Shown here piece after piece: positions 27,133 to 36,223 of a stretch of 64,000 nt of DNA. Each line of letters starts with the position of its first letter. Within the stretch, counting starts at the first letter, position 1. A model generated the notes under the pieces. It did not search any database. It was not told where the DNA came from and saw only the letters and a list, made by a program, of their open reading frames with translations. The stretch is from an uncultured bacterium (GTDB taxonomy: Bacteria > Actinomycetota > Acidimicrobiia > Spongiisociales > ZC4RG35): contig CAWATW010000006.1 in assembly GCA_963785075.1 (NCBI GenBank), positions 356,412-420,411 on the forward strand, given 5' to 3'. Position numbers and translations under genes: made by a program.

Positions 27133-29067
27133 TCAGATGTCGGAACCGGTACCCAGCCACCTTCGGTGCCATTCCAGAATGGCCTCGAAACGTTCGACCC
27201 GATGCCGCGGCTTCCCGCTGCGCGACATCTCGTGTCCCTCGCCCGGGAACCTCACCATCTCGGTCGGCGTGCCGTTCCTGAGCAACGCCGTGAAGTACTG
27301 CTCGGCCTGCTCGATCGGGCATCTGAGATCGGACTCGGCGTGGAGCACCAGCGTTGGTGTCGTGACCCGATCGACGACGGCGAGCGGGCTCCTCTCCCAC
27401 CAGGTCCGCCACCCCTCGGGATAGCCGGCTCCGAGGTAGCTCTCGGCGAAGACACCGGCGATGTCGGATGTTCCCGAGAAGCTGGTCCAGTTCAGGAGCC
27501 CCCGTTCCACGACCGCCGAACGAAAGCGGTCGTGGTGTCCGAGGATCCAGGCCGTGAGGAATCCGCCGTAGGAGCCACCCATGATCCCGATCCTCCCGGG
27601 ATCGAGGCGCGGATTGGCTTCGAGAGCGGCGTCGAGCGCCACGAGGACGTCTTCGACGTCGACTACTCCCCAACCATCGGCGGTGACCGCTTTCAAGAAC
27701 TCCTCGCCGCGGCCTGACGACCCTCGAGGGTTGCACGCGACGACCCCGAATCCGGCGGCGGCGTACACCTGGAACTCGTCGAAGAACCCGTCGCCGTACT
27801 GGCTGGCCGGGCCGCCGTGGATGTTCAGCAGCACCGGCACCCGACCATCCCCCGGCGGCATCACGACCCACGTGTCGACGTCGTGCGTGCCGGATCGGAA
27901 ATGACGGGGTTCGACCAATTCCACATCGGAGCGTATGGACTCCAACTCGGACTCACCGCCTTCGATCCACTCCAGCAGCGTTCCGGGCTCGACCGGTGAC
28001 GAGGCCGTGAACACTATGCGGTCCTCCGACACGTCGAACGAGCCTACGACCCGCCGCCCGCCGATGGCGACCTCGGTGGATCCGTCGGGCTCGACCCGGA
28101 GCACGTTCACCGATCCGGCGTCTTCGACGTAGCAGTACAGGGTACGGCCGCGCCATCGCATCTGTGGCGGTCCTCCCGCCAGTGACGCAACGGCACGGTC
28201 GACCGGAGCAGTGAGCCCCGTCAGACCGCGGTCGGACTCGACCCGATAGACCCCGAAGACCTGAGGAAACATCGGGTCGGTATGTCCGATCAGATGGAGC
28301 ACACCGTCGGGCCGGTAGCCGGGCATCGTCCAGAATCCCCGCTCGGCCCTGCGGATCGGGACCCGATCCCCGGCGATGGCGACCTCCCATACGTCCGTGC
28401 CGGCCGCGAGACCTTGCCTCGCGTGGCGATCGGAGACGAACGCCAGCGCAGATCCGTCCGGAGACCACGCCAGATTGCGGTCGTCATGGGGCCCGGGGGT
28501 GACACAGTCCGGTTCGGCGACGCCTTCTGGGTCGACCAGCCAGATGTGACGTTTCCGGTCGTGGGTCCAGCCCATTTGATCGAACCTGTACGGGATCGAG
28601 GTGACGCGTCGCGGTCTACCAGCTCGCTCGTCGTCATCGAGGTCGGCCCAATCGTCGTGCCATGTGATTGCGGTCACGGCGAGACGGCTGCCGTCCGGCG
28701 ACCATTCGAGCTCCTCGACGCCGAGGTCGAAGTCGGTGATGGCCGCCGCCTCGCCCCCATCGACCGGGATGACCGCCACCTGCGCCGGCTTTGAATCGCG
28801 GCTTCGGAGAAAGGCCAGACGGCTGCCGTCCGGCGACCATCGGGGTGCCGAGTCAGCTGGTCCTCCGGTCAGCCTGCGGGCTCCGGAGCCGTCATGGATC
28901 CATATCTCGCGTACATATCGATCCTCGTCGAGATCGATGGAGGTCAGGACGAACACGACCCGGTCACCGTGGATCCGAGGATCGCTGGGTGTGACGAGCT
29001 TGGAGAGATCAGAAGGTTGCACGTCGGACAGGGTATAGCCCCGAGCAACGAGCAAGAACGTGCCCAC
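27133..29067 (-). CDS. S9 prolyl-oligopeptidase/acylaminoacyl-peptidase family serine peptidase
   Basis: Lies inside ORF 27133..29175. Start moved to GTG 29067 (TTG 29055 is also possible). N-terminal PD40/beta-propeller repeats (PRWSPDGSRLAF, LEWSPDGSRLAV, LAWSPDGSALAF). C-terminal GGSYGG nucleophile and HGESD-type LVLHAESDLRCP. Confidence 0.85.
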   Translation of the reverse strand: MGTFLLVARGYTLSDVQPSDLSKLVTPSDPRIHGDRVVFVLTSIDLDEDRYVREIWIHDGSGARRLTGGPADSAPRWSPDGSRLAFLRSRDSKPAQVAVIPVDGGEAAAITDFDLGVEELEWSPDGSRLAVTAITWHDDWADLDDDERAGRPRRVTSIPYRFDQMGWTHDRKRHIWLVDPEGVAEPDCVTPGPHDDRNLAWSPDGSALAFVSDRHARQGLAAGTDVWEVAIAGDRVPIRRAERGFWTMPGYRPDGVLHLIGHTDPMFPQVFGVYRVESDRGLTGLTAPVDRAVASLAGGPPQMRWRGRTLYCYVEDAGSVNVLRVEPDGSTEVAIGGRRVVGSFDVSEDRIVFTASSPVEPGTLLEWIEGGESELESIRSDVELVEPRHFRSGTHDVDTWVVMPPGDGRVPVLLNIHGGPASQYGDGFFDEFQVYAAAGFGVVACNPRGSSGRGEEFLKAVTADGWGVVDVEDVLVALDAALEANPRLDPGRIGIMGGSYGGFLTAWILGHHDRFRSAVVERGLLNWTSFSGTSDIAGVFAESYLGAGYPEGWRTWWERSPLAVVDRVTTPTLVLHAESDLRCPIEQAEQYFTALLRNGTPTEMVRFPGEGHEMSRSGKPRHRVERFEAILEWHRRWLGTGSDI

Positions 29068-29107
29068 GTCGGTCGCGTTCCAGCTTGTTGCCTGGCGGGC
29101 TCGGCGC

Positions 29108-29144
29108 CCGGTCCGAGGTCCGGGGTCCGAGGTCCGAGGTCCGG
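29108..29144. repeat. tandem heptamer array (NRGGTCC)x5, equal to (GGACCYN)x5 on the peptidase strand
   Basis: Read directly: ccggtcc gaggtcc ggggtcc gaggtcc gaggtcc, then GGTCCGgacttCGGACC, which can fold as a hairpin. Lies 41-77 nt upstream of GTG 29067. Confidence 0.9.
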
Positions 29145-29277
29145 ACTTCGGACCCGAACACCAAACGGGAGACAATCACCACGATCCGTGCGGTCGGCGG
29201 CACGGACATCGGACCCGAAGGCCCAAACTCCAAACCGGCGCAGCAACCAGCCCGGGGTCGCGCTGTAGCCTCCTGCT

Positions 29278-29733
29278 GTGCATCGACTCATTGCCACCTG
29301 GTTCGGGACCGGGCTGATCCTCGGCAAGTTGCGAGGGTCCGACAGCGGTTCGGGCACGGTGGCTTCGGTGTTTGCCATGCTGGTGTGGTGGGCGCTCACG
29401 CCGTTCGAATGGTGGGTGCAGTTCGTCGTTGCACTGGTCGTGGCCGGGCTGTCGTTGTGGTCGGCCCGTCCGTTTGCAGGTGCGCACGCCGATCCGCCTT
29501 GGGTGGTGATCGACGAGGCGGCCGGCGCGTTGATCGCCACGATCGGCCTCACCGGATGGCCGGTGGTGGCGGCATGGTGTGTGTTCAGGCTCGCCGACAT
29601 CTTGAAACGAGTCTTCCCCGGGGTCGCTGCCGCCGAGAAGCTCCCCGGCCCGATCGGCGTCACCGCCGACGATCTCGTTGCGGGCCTCTACGGTCTCGCT
29701 GCCGGCTGGGCCGTTCAGTGGGCGCTGGCATAG
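29278..29733 (+). CDS. pgpA: phosphatidylglycerophosphatase A
   Basis: ORF track, 151 aa (GTG start). Contains WFGTGLI..GSGTVASV and VVIDEAAG..FRLADILK, typical of PgpA. Confidence 0.8.
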   Translation: MHRLIATWFGTGLILGKLRGSDSGSGTVASVFAMLVWWALTPFEWWVQFVVALVVAGLSLWSARPFAGAHADPPWVVIDEAAGALIATIGLTGWPVVAAWCVFRLADILKRVFPGVAAAEKLPGPIGVTADDLVAGLYGLAAGWAVQWALA

Positions 29734-30015
29734 GGGACCTCGACATCACGACGCGGCACATGCGGGCATGGAGGTCGCCGCCGTCATCCGGGGCCGGCGC
29801 CGATGGCGCAACTCTCGTGCGGTCCACACGGTCGGAAACGGCCCCCGACCAGGTTCCTGAGAGGTCCAACCCGCACATCTCAAATCGTCGACGGTGGCCC
29901 CGGACGTGACCATGGCCTTTGCCAACGCATCGGTACCACCGTGCCGGGCCGCCCTCGGGCCACTACGTCCACCAACGGTCCCGGTATAGAGTCGTCGGGA
30001 GACGGGAGGCGAGGA

Positions 30016-30675
30016 ATGCCGAACATCACGATGCTGGACATCGACGATCTGTTGGAATCGGAGCTCGCCGGTTTCGTGAGGAAATGCCTCCGTCATCGGG
30101 CACCGGACCCTGCGTTCCATGCCATCCAGGGACACAATCCTTCGCTCTCCAAGGCGCTCTACACGGCCTGGGGCACGGTCTTCAACACCGGGAGGGTCGA
30201 CCACAGCCTGAAGGAGATCATCCGGGTGCAGTTGTCCCGGGCGGCCTCCTGCAACTATTGAGGGAACGTCAGATCTGCTTCGGCGAAGCAGAACGGACTG
30301 ACCGAGCAGCGCATCGACGAGGGCATCGATCATTGGCGGGACAGCCCCAACTTCACGGATGCCGAGAAGATCGCGCTCGAATACAGCGAGTTGATGCAAT
30401 TCGCACCTGAGAAGATCGACGCCGACTTCTACCGGCGGCTCCAAAGCCTCTGGTCTGACGACGACATCGTCGAACTCGGGGCGTTCATCGGGTTCAACGT
30501 GGGGTATCACACGTTCTTCCGGACGCTCGATTTCTATCCGATGTTCACGCCCGACGGTCGCCTGGTCAGCCAGGAGGTCTCGAGAGCCATCTACGGCGAC
30601 ACACCCGGGTCCCACCTCGACCCACGCGTCATCGAAGCTATGGAGGCTTCGCGGTCAGGAGAGAAGCCATCGTGA
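30016..30675 (+). CDS. carboxymuconolactone decarboxylase/AhpD-like protein with in-frame TGA (candidate selenocysteine, C-N-Y-U motif)
   Basis: ATG 30016 with GGGAGG upstream. The ORF track splits it into 29803..30261 and 30391..30675, which share one frame, and TGA 30259..30261 is the only stop between them. The sequence around it reads LSRAASCNY[TGA]GNVRSA. The adjacent paralog aligns colinearly across the TGA. Confidence 0.6.
30268..30298 (+). promoter_or_regulatory. SECIS-like stem-loop 6 nt downstream of the in-frame UGA
   Basis: GUC-aga-UCUGCUUC-ggc-GAAGCAGA-acg-GAC. This gives an 8-bp upper stem, a 3-bp lower stem and a G-rich apical loop starting 21 nt after the UGA. Confidence 0.5.
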
Positions 30676-31235
30676 CCGACACGTTCATCGACCCCGTCGA
30701 TCTCGAAACGGCTCGCAAGGCCGGCCTGTCGGCGCGAATGGAGTCGCTCGCCCTCGCCGGCGACGTCGACGCCACCTTCATCCGGATCCTCGCCCGCGTG
30801 CCCGGCTACGCCGAGGCGCTGTGGGACGCGATGAGCGAATCGCTCATGGAGGGGGGCGTCGATCATCGCCTGAAAGAGCTGGTCAGGATCCAGCTCGCTC
30901 GTACCGCCCAGGACCCGTATTTTTCGTCACGGATCCGCTCCAAGAAAGCGCAGCGAGCCGGCATGACCGAAGACTACGTCGATGCTGCCTCAGGCGACTT
31001 CGAACACGAAGATCGATTCGGCGACGCAGAGAAATGGGCGCTCCGATACGCCCACCTCATGTACCGGCATCCCGAGAGGGTCGACGCCGACTTCTACGCC
31101 GAGGGCAAGCGCCATTTCACCGAGGCCCAGATCATGGAGCTCGGCGGTCTGATTGCGATCCACTACGGAATGCAGGTGTTCATGCGCACGCTGCTGCCAT
31201 CAGACCCGCCCGCCTTCTCGCACCAGGCGTCCTGA
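30672..31235 (+). CDS. carboxymuconolactone decarboxylase/AhpD-like paralog lacking the redox motif
   Basis: ORF track, 187 aa. GTGA overlap with the upstream stop. Has DPYF where the upstream paralog has CNY-TGA. Shares DHRLKELVRIQLAR, DAEKWALRY and DADFY. Confidence 0.75.
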   Translation: MTDTFIDPVDLETARKAGLSARMESLALAGDVDATFIRILARVPGYAEALWDAMSESLMEGGVDHRLKELVRIQLARTAQDPYFSSRIRSKKAQRAGMTEDYVDAASGDFEHEDRFGDAEKWALRYAHLMYRHPERVDADFYAEGKRHFTEAQIMELGGLIAIHYGMQVFMRTLLPSDPPAFSHQAS

Positions 31236-31251
31236 AACGAGTCGGCCGGCG

Positions 31252-32829
31252 TCACCCCGTCAGGTCGAGATACCGAGCCTCCTGGATGCCGTCCAGCGAC
31301 CTGAGGCCGCTGAGCTGACTGTCGGAGAGCTCCTGATCCACGTTGAGCCCCATCATGGCGGCTTCCCCGGACTCCATCGATCGGCCCACCACCATGTTGG
31401 CGATGTTGATCCGATGGTCTCCCAGGTAGGTGCCGACACGCCCGATCACACCTGGCACATCCGAGTTGCGGACGATGAGCACGTGCTCCGAGAACGGGAG
31501 CTCGACTTCGTGTCCGAGAATCTCCACCATGATCGGGCCTTTGCGAGCGATGGTCCCGGCCAGCGAAGCCGACCCGTCTTCGAGGGCGACCCGCAGGCAC
31601 GACACGTACTCCTCCGCCTCCTCCGAGGATTCGAGATCGACCACGAGGCCGCGTTGCTCGGCGATGCTCGGCGCGTTCACGTACGACACGGGCTCGGTGG
31701 AGTAACCGGACAGTGCCCCCTTGAGGAGCGCCAACTTCAGGGGACGGAGCTCATGGGTCGCGATCTTGCCCTCGGCACGAAGGGTGACACGACCCGACAT
31801 GTGGCCGGCGAGCCCGACGATCGCCTTGCCCAGCTGCTCTGCGAGGGGCAGATAGGCCTGCACCTCCTCGGTCACCTCCCGGCCCAGATCGACATTCACC
31901 GCCGAGAGCACCAGTTCGCCGCGCAACGCCGCCGCAACCGCCTCCGCCGTGTCCGTTCCCGCTTTGTCCTGCGCCTCGGCGGTCGACGCCCCGAGGTGGG
32001 GTGTGACCACCACCTCGGGCAGGTCGAACAGTGGACTCTCGGTTGTCGGCTCCACCGCGAACACGTCGAGACCGACACCGGCGACGTGGCCTGAGCGGAT
32101 GGCCTCGGCGAGCGCGTGCTCGTCGATGATGCCGCCACGCGATGTGTTCACGATGCGGACTCCCGGCTTGCAGCGGGCGAGATTGTCCTTGCCGAACAGC
32201 CCCTCGGTCTCCTTCGTCTTCGGCAGGTGAATGGTGATGAAGTCGGCCTGAGGAAACAACGCGTCGAGATCGACGAGTTCCACCCCGAGGCGTCGGGCCC
32301 GATCGACGGAGACGAAGGGGTCATAGGCGATGAGGCGCATCCCGAATGCGAGGCACCGTTGCGCCACCAGCGTGCCGATCTTCCCGAGTCCGATCACGCC
32401 CAACGTCTTCCCGTGCAACTCGACCCCTTGAAAGCTGCTGCGATCCCAGTCTCCGGTGATCAGCTTGCCGTGGGCACGGGGGACGTTTCGAGCCTGGCTC
32501 AACAAGAGCGCCATGGTGTGCTCTGCGGCCGAAATCGTGTTGGCGTGCGGGGCGTTGACGACCAGCACGCCACGAGCCGTGGCGGTTTCGAGGTCGATGT
32601 TGTCGACGCCGATCCCGGCCCTGCCCACGACCTGAAGAGCCGGTGCAGCCAGAAACATGTCTCTGTCGACCATGGTCGCGGACCGCACGATGAGACCGTT
32701 GGCGTCGGCGAGTCGACGCAGCAGCTCCTGACGGTCCAGGCCCACGGCCACGTCGACCACGCACGACTCGGCCAGGGCATCGATGCCCGACTGAGCGATG
32801 GTTTCGGCAATGACGACCTTCGGCTTCAC
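31252..32829 (-). CDS. serA: D-3-phosphoglycerate dehydrogenase (long form with ACT domain)
   Basis: Lies inside ORF 31252..33516. Start at GTG 32829 with GGAG upstream (VKPKVVIAETI). Contains GVIGLGKIG, NTSRGG and a C-terminal ACT region (VLIVRNSDVPGVIGRVGTYLG). Confidence 0.88.
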   Translation of the reverse strand: MKPKVVIAETIAQSGIDALAESCVVDVAVGLDRQELLRRLADANGLIVRSATMVDRDMFLAAPALQVVGRAGIGVDNIDLETATARGVLVVNAPHANTISAAEHTMALLLSQARNVPRAHGKLITGDWDRSSFQGVELHGKTLGVIGLGKIGTLVAQRCLAFGMRLIAYDPFVSVDRARRLGVELVDLDALFPQADFITIHLPKTKETEGLFGKDNLARCKPGVRIVNTSRGGIIDEHALAEAIRSGHVAGVGLDVFAVEPTTESPLFDLPEVVVTPHLGASTAEAQDKAGTDTAEAVAAALRGELVLSAVNVDLGREVTEEVQAYLPLAEQLGKAIVGLAGHMSGRVTLRAEGKIATHELRPLKLALLKGALSGYSTEPVSYVNAPSIAEQRGLVVDLESSEEAEEYVSCLRVALEDGSASLAGTIARKGPIMVEILGHEVELPFSEHVLIVRNSDVPGVIGRVGTYLGDHRINIANMVVGRSMESGEAAMMGLNVDQELSDSQLSGLRSLDGIQEARYLDLTG

Positions 32830-32925
32830 GTATTGCTCCGAGATGGGAAACCTGCATTGTCGTGAATCGAACGCTCGGCGACAAAGCGGCGATACCCTGT
32901 GATCACCAATATCTGGAGGAGCCCG

Positions 32926-33363
32926 ATGGGCTGGAAGCCCGCACATGTCATCGCCGCAGTCGATGGCTCGGATCAAAGCGTGGCTGCTGCACGTGCTGCA
33001 GTCGAAATCGCCCGTGACACAGGGGCAAGACTGACGTTCATCACGGTCGTACGCCCGCCCGAGGGATGGTGGGGCCTCGAAGGCGCGCCTCCGAGCCCCG
33101 AGGTCCTGGCGGAGGCGATCGCCGGTGGCCGGCGTGAGCTGAACAGCCTGATCTCGACCCTGGAGGTCACAGATCTGGAGGTGGACACTGCCGAGGAGCT
33201 GGGTGACCCCGCCGGGAAGATCATCGACCTCACCGAACAAACCGGCGCCGACCTGCTCGTCATCGGACGGAGAGGGGCGGGTCTGGTGGAACGGATGATG
33301 ATGGGATCGGTCGCGGACCGCCTTGCTCACAATGCTCCGTGCCCGCTCCTGATCGTTCCGTGA
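32926..33363 (+). CDS. universal stress protein (UspA family)
   Basis: Lies inside ORF 32899..33363. ATG 32926 with GGAGGA 6 nt upstream. Contains VIAAVDGSDQS..LLVIGRRGAGLVERMMMGSVADRLAHNAPCPLLIV. Confidence 0.82.
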   Translation: MGWKPAHVIAAVDGSDQSVAAARAAVEIARDTGARLTFITVVRPPEGWWGLEGAPPSPEVLAEAIAGGRRELNSLISTLEVTDLEVDTAEELGDPAGKIIDLTEQTGADLLVIGRRGAGLVERMMMGSVADRLAHNAPCPLLIVP

Positions 33364-34199
33364 GTCCCGGAGCGGTAGACACTGCCGAGCGTCGGCTGAG
33401 AGACGCAATCGAGCCGTTCCACGGCCTGTGCTACTACGTGCCCGAGGTCCGGGCCCGGTACGTCGACGACCTGGGACTCCACCCGTGGTCGGCCTATTTC
33501 GCTCAACGGGCTGCACCCATGGGTGCCGTGGGCGCCGCAGTGGTCACCGCGCTGTTCTATGGATTCAGTCCCCGGCTGGTCGGGCGAAGCATCCCTGCCG
33601 TCTGGGAGTCGATCGCACCGGCGGAGGCATGGGAAGACCGAGTCCGCGGCGTCTCGGCCGCGCTCGACCGGCTGCTGAGCCATACAGAAGGCACGGAGAT
33701 CGACATGGCCGCTTCGATCGCCTCCAAAGCGGTGACAGCGATGGAACCGGCAGGGCGCCCACAGGCGGCCGCCCTCGCTGCGATGGATGTGCCCGACACT
33801 CCGCTCATGCGTTTGTGGCGCGACGCCTCGGCGCTCAGAGAATATCGGGGAGATGGCCATGTGGCGGCCCTGGTGTCGCACGGGCTCGGGCCCATGGACT
33901 CGCTCATCACCTCGGCGGGGTTCTCGAACCTGTCGCTGTCGTTCCACCAGCGCGCACGAGGATGGTCCGAGGAGGAGTGGTCGGCCGGCGTCGAACATTG
34001 CCGATCGGACGGTTGGATCGACGCCGAAGACCGCCTGACCGATCGAGGATTGAAGCTCCGGCTCGACATCGAATCGACGACCGACCGGTCGATGGCCGCT
34101 GTCACGTCCGCACTCACGGAGGCCGAGATGGAGAGCCTGACCAAGACGTTGCGCGTCCTCAGTCGCCAAGTCGTCGAGGCAGGCGGATTCCCGGTCTGA
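33360..34199 (+). CDS. hypothetical protein
   Basis: Lies inside ORF 33339..34199. GTG 33360 forms a GTGA overlap with the usp stop. No motif confidently recognised (contains LREYRGDGHVAAL). Confidence 0.55.
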   Translation: MSPGAVDTAERRLRDAIEPFHGLCYYVPEVRARYVDDLGLHPWSAYFAQRAAPMGAVGAAVVTALFYGFSPRLVGRSIPAVWESIAPAEAWEDRVRGVSAALDRLLSHTEGTEIDMAASIASKAVTAMEPAGRPQAAALAAMDVPDTPLMRLWRDASALREYRGDGHVAALVSHGLGPMDSLITSAGFSNLSLSFHQRARGWSEEEWSAGVEHCRSDGWIDAEDRLTDRGLKLRLDIESTTDRSMAAVTSALTEAEMESLTKTLRVLSRQVVEAGGFPV

Positions 34200-34218
34200 T
34201 CCGCGATACTGGCCTTCG

Positions 34219-35121
34219 ATGACTCAAGAGCAGGAAGGCAAACACCCGCGGCCGCCGGTGGATCGGGTCACCCCCGACACCTTCGAACGGCTCGACGCGC
34301 TGAGCCGTCCACTGGCGGAACGTGTCCTCAATCGTGCCATCGCGCTCCACCATGACGAGGTCCATGGTCCGGACCGGATCACCAGGAAGCAACTGGATCA
34401 GATCGCGAAGGAGCTCGGGATCGAACCAGAGTTCGTGCAGGCGGCTCTGGTCGCCGAGCTCGAGACCGGCCGCGACGCCGACGCTCGTTCGGTCAAGGCG
34501 TTGTTTCTGGCACCCGACAGGATAACCGGGGGACGGATCGTCGAGGCCGACCGGTCCACCGTCGAACGGTCGATCATCGAATGGCTTCGCGGCGAAGAAG
34601 GTTTTCGACCGAGAAGCAAGACCGGGTCCGGGTACAAGTGGGAGCGAGACGACCACTGGGCCACCAAGCTCAGAATGTCCTTCGGCGGAAGCAAGCCTTC
34701 GCTGCGCGGCCTGAAGACGGTCACCCACCGACACACCGACCTCGGTGACGGCCGCCACCTCGTGGAGCTGGACGCCGACGCCAAGGTGGTGTCGATGACC
34801 GGAGCCGGACTCATCGCCGGCTTCGGAGCGGCGTCGGTGCTCGGCGGGGTGGCTGCTGCTGCGGGTGTGGCCGGGGGCAACGACCTCGCCCAGTTCCTCA
34901 CCGCCATGGTGCCCACCGCCGTCACCGGACTGGCGGCGGGACTGATCACTGCCAAGACCTGGTCGGCGAGCATCAGGCGGGGAATCGACCGTGCATTGGA
35001 CGGCATCACATCCCCGGAGCTCCATCACAGCCGGCGCTCGAGGACGAAACGGAACCGGAAGACCGGCATCGCCAGGGTGCTCGACGACATCGGCGACGCC
35101 ATCGAGGACCTCTTCGACTGA
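34219..35121 (+). CDS. hypothetical membrane protein
   Basis: ORF track, 300 aa. Soluble N-terminal half, two Gly/Ala-rich TM segments (GLIAGFGAASVLGGVAAAAGVAG; AMVPTAVTGLAAGLITA) and a basic tail. Confidence 0.55.
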   Translation: MTQEQEGKHPRPPVDRVTPDTFERLDALSRPLAERVLNRAIALHHDEVHGPDRITRKQLDQIAKELGIEPEFVQAALVAELETGRDADARSVKALFLAPDRITGGRIVEADRSTVERSIIEWLRGEEGFRPRSKTGSGYKWERDDHWATKLRMSFGGSKPSLRGLKTVTHRHTDLGDGRHLVELDADAKVVSMTGAGLIAGFGAASVLGGVAAAAGVAGGNDLAQFLTAMVPTAVTGLAAGLITAKTWSASIRRGIDRALDGITSPELHHSRRSRTKRNRKTGIARVLDDIGDAIEDLFD

Positions 35122-35206
35122 TCAAGCGGTGAGATCGCCGCCCGCGGCGAGTCGCAACGGTGTCGGACCTCGACCGAAGGCGCTTCGATTCTCCGGCCCG
35201 GGACCG

Positions 35207-36187
35207 TCACTCCAGGGCCGGGAGAACCTCGGCCGCAAACAGCTCCAAGCCGGATGTGTCGTGGCCCGCCTCGGCGAAGTAGCAGATCGCATAGCTCATA
35301 CCTGCCCCGACCCAGGGTTCCAGCTTTTCGACGAGCTGCCCCGGGGTCCCGGAACACTCCGCGAACATCGCCCTCACCTTGGCGGCCCGATCGGCGTCGA
35401 CGTACCGGCCGTAGTGAGCTTCGATCCAGTCGAGACGTTTGGCGACCTCGACCTCGGTGGGCTCACACACGACATTGAAGTTCGACGATCGCACGATCGC
35501 TGTGAAGTCCCTTCCCACGTCGGAACAGTGGCCGTCCAGCACCTCGGACTTGTGTACGAACTCCTCGAGATCCACTCCGAAATTCGTGTAGTCGGCGTGT
35601 CGGGCTGCCACGTTGAGCGTGAGTTGCTCCCCTCCCCCTGCGATCCACAGCGGGACGTGAGGGTCCTGGACCGGTTTGGGTTGGCAGATGGCCCCGTCGA
35701 GCGTGTAGTACTTCCCGTCGTAGCTGACCTCGTCCTCGGTCCACATGCGGCGCATGATCTCCACTCCCTCGCGGAGCTGACCGATCCGCACCGACGCCTT
35801 CGGGAACTCGTATCCGTATCCGAGGTACTCCTTCTCGTACCATCCGGCGCCGATACCCATCTCGAGCCGTCCGTTCGAGATCACGTCGATCGTGGCAGCC
35901 ACCTTCGCCAGATAGGACGGTGGCCGGTAGGAGTTGCAGGTGCACATCTGCCCGAGGCGAACGGTCGACGTGACCGCCGCCAACGCTCCCATCAGCGTCC
36001 ACGCCTCGTAGGTGACCTCCTGGGTCGCAACCGGGACCGTGTGGAAGTGGTCGTACACCCACGCCGACTCGTAGCCGGAGGCCTCGATGGTCGTCGCCAC
36101 CGCCGTCATGGTCGCCCAATGCCGATCACGGTCGATGTCGACGAGGTCGAGTCGCCAACCTTGCGGAACGAATGCGCCTGCTCTCAT
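35207..36187 (-). CDS. luciferase-like monooxygenase (LLM) class, probable F420-dependent oxidoreductase
   Basis: ORF track, 326 aa. Contains ESAWVYDHF, LGQMCTCNSYRPPSYLAK, LEMGIGAGWYEKEY and PLWIAGGGE. Confidence 0.8.
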   Translation of the reverse strand: MRAGAFVPQGWRLDLVDIDRDRHWATMTAVATTIEASGYESAWVYDHFHTVPVATQEVTYEAWTLMGALAAVTSTVRLGQMCTCNSYRPPSYLAKVAATIDVISNGRLEMGIGAGWYEKEYLGYGYEFPKASVRIGQLREGVEIMRRMWTEDEVSYDGKYYTLDGAICQPKPVQDPHVPLWIAGGGEQLTLNVAARHADYTNFGVDLEEFVHKSEVLDGHCSDVGRDFTAIVRSSNFNVVCEPTEVEVAKRLDWIEAHYGRYVDADRAAKVRAMFAECSGTPGQLVEKLEPWVGAGMSYAICYFAEAGHDTSGLELFAAEVLPALE

Positions 36188-36223
36188 AGGCAGAGCCTAC
36201 GGCCTCCACCGGAGGTCGTTGAG

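Noticed and set aside
30259-30261. Treating the TGA in the CMD gene simply as a gene end, giving two separate small genes
   Set aside because: The 30391..30675 piece has no SD or independent N-terminus. Homology to the adjacent paralog runs straight through the TGA in the same frame. A plain nonsense pseudogene remains the main alternative to selenocysteine and is listed under the finding.
31252-33516. 754-aa version of serA; likewise the 965-aa version of the APC permease (53517..56414) and the 944-aa version of the ATPase (4761..7595)
   Set aside because: The N-terminal extensions run antisense through neighbouring genes or promoters, lack homology-like sequence and ignore good internal starts with SD sequences (GTG 32829, ATG 55877, ATG 7421).
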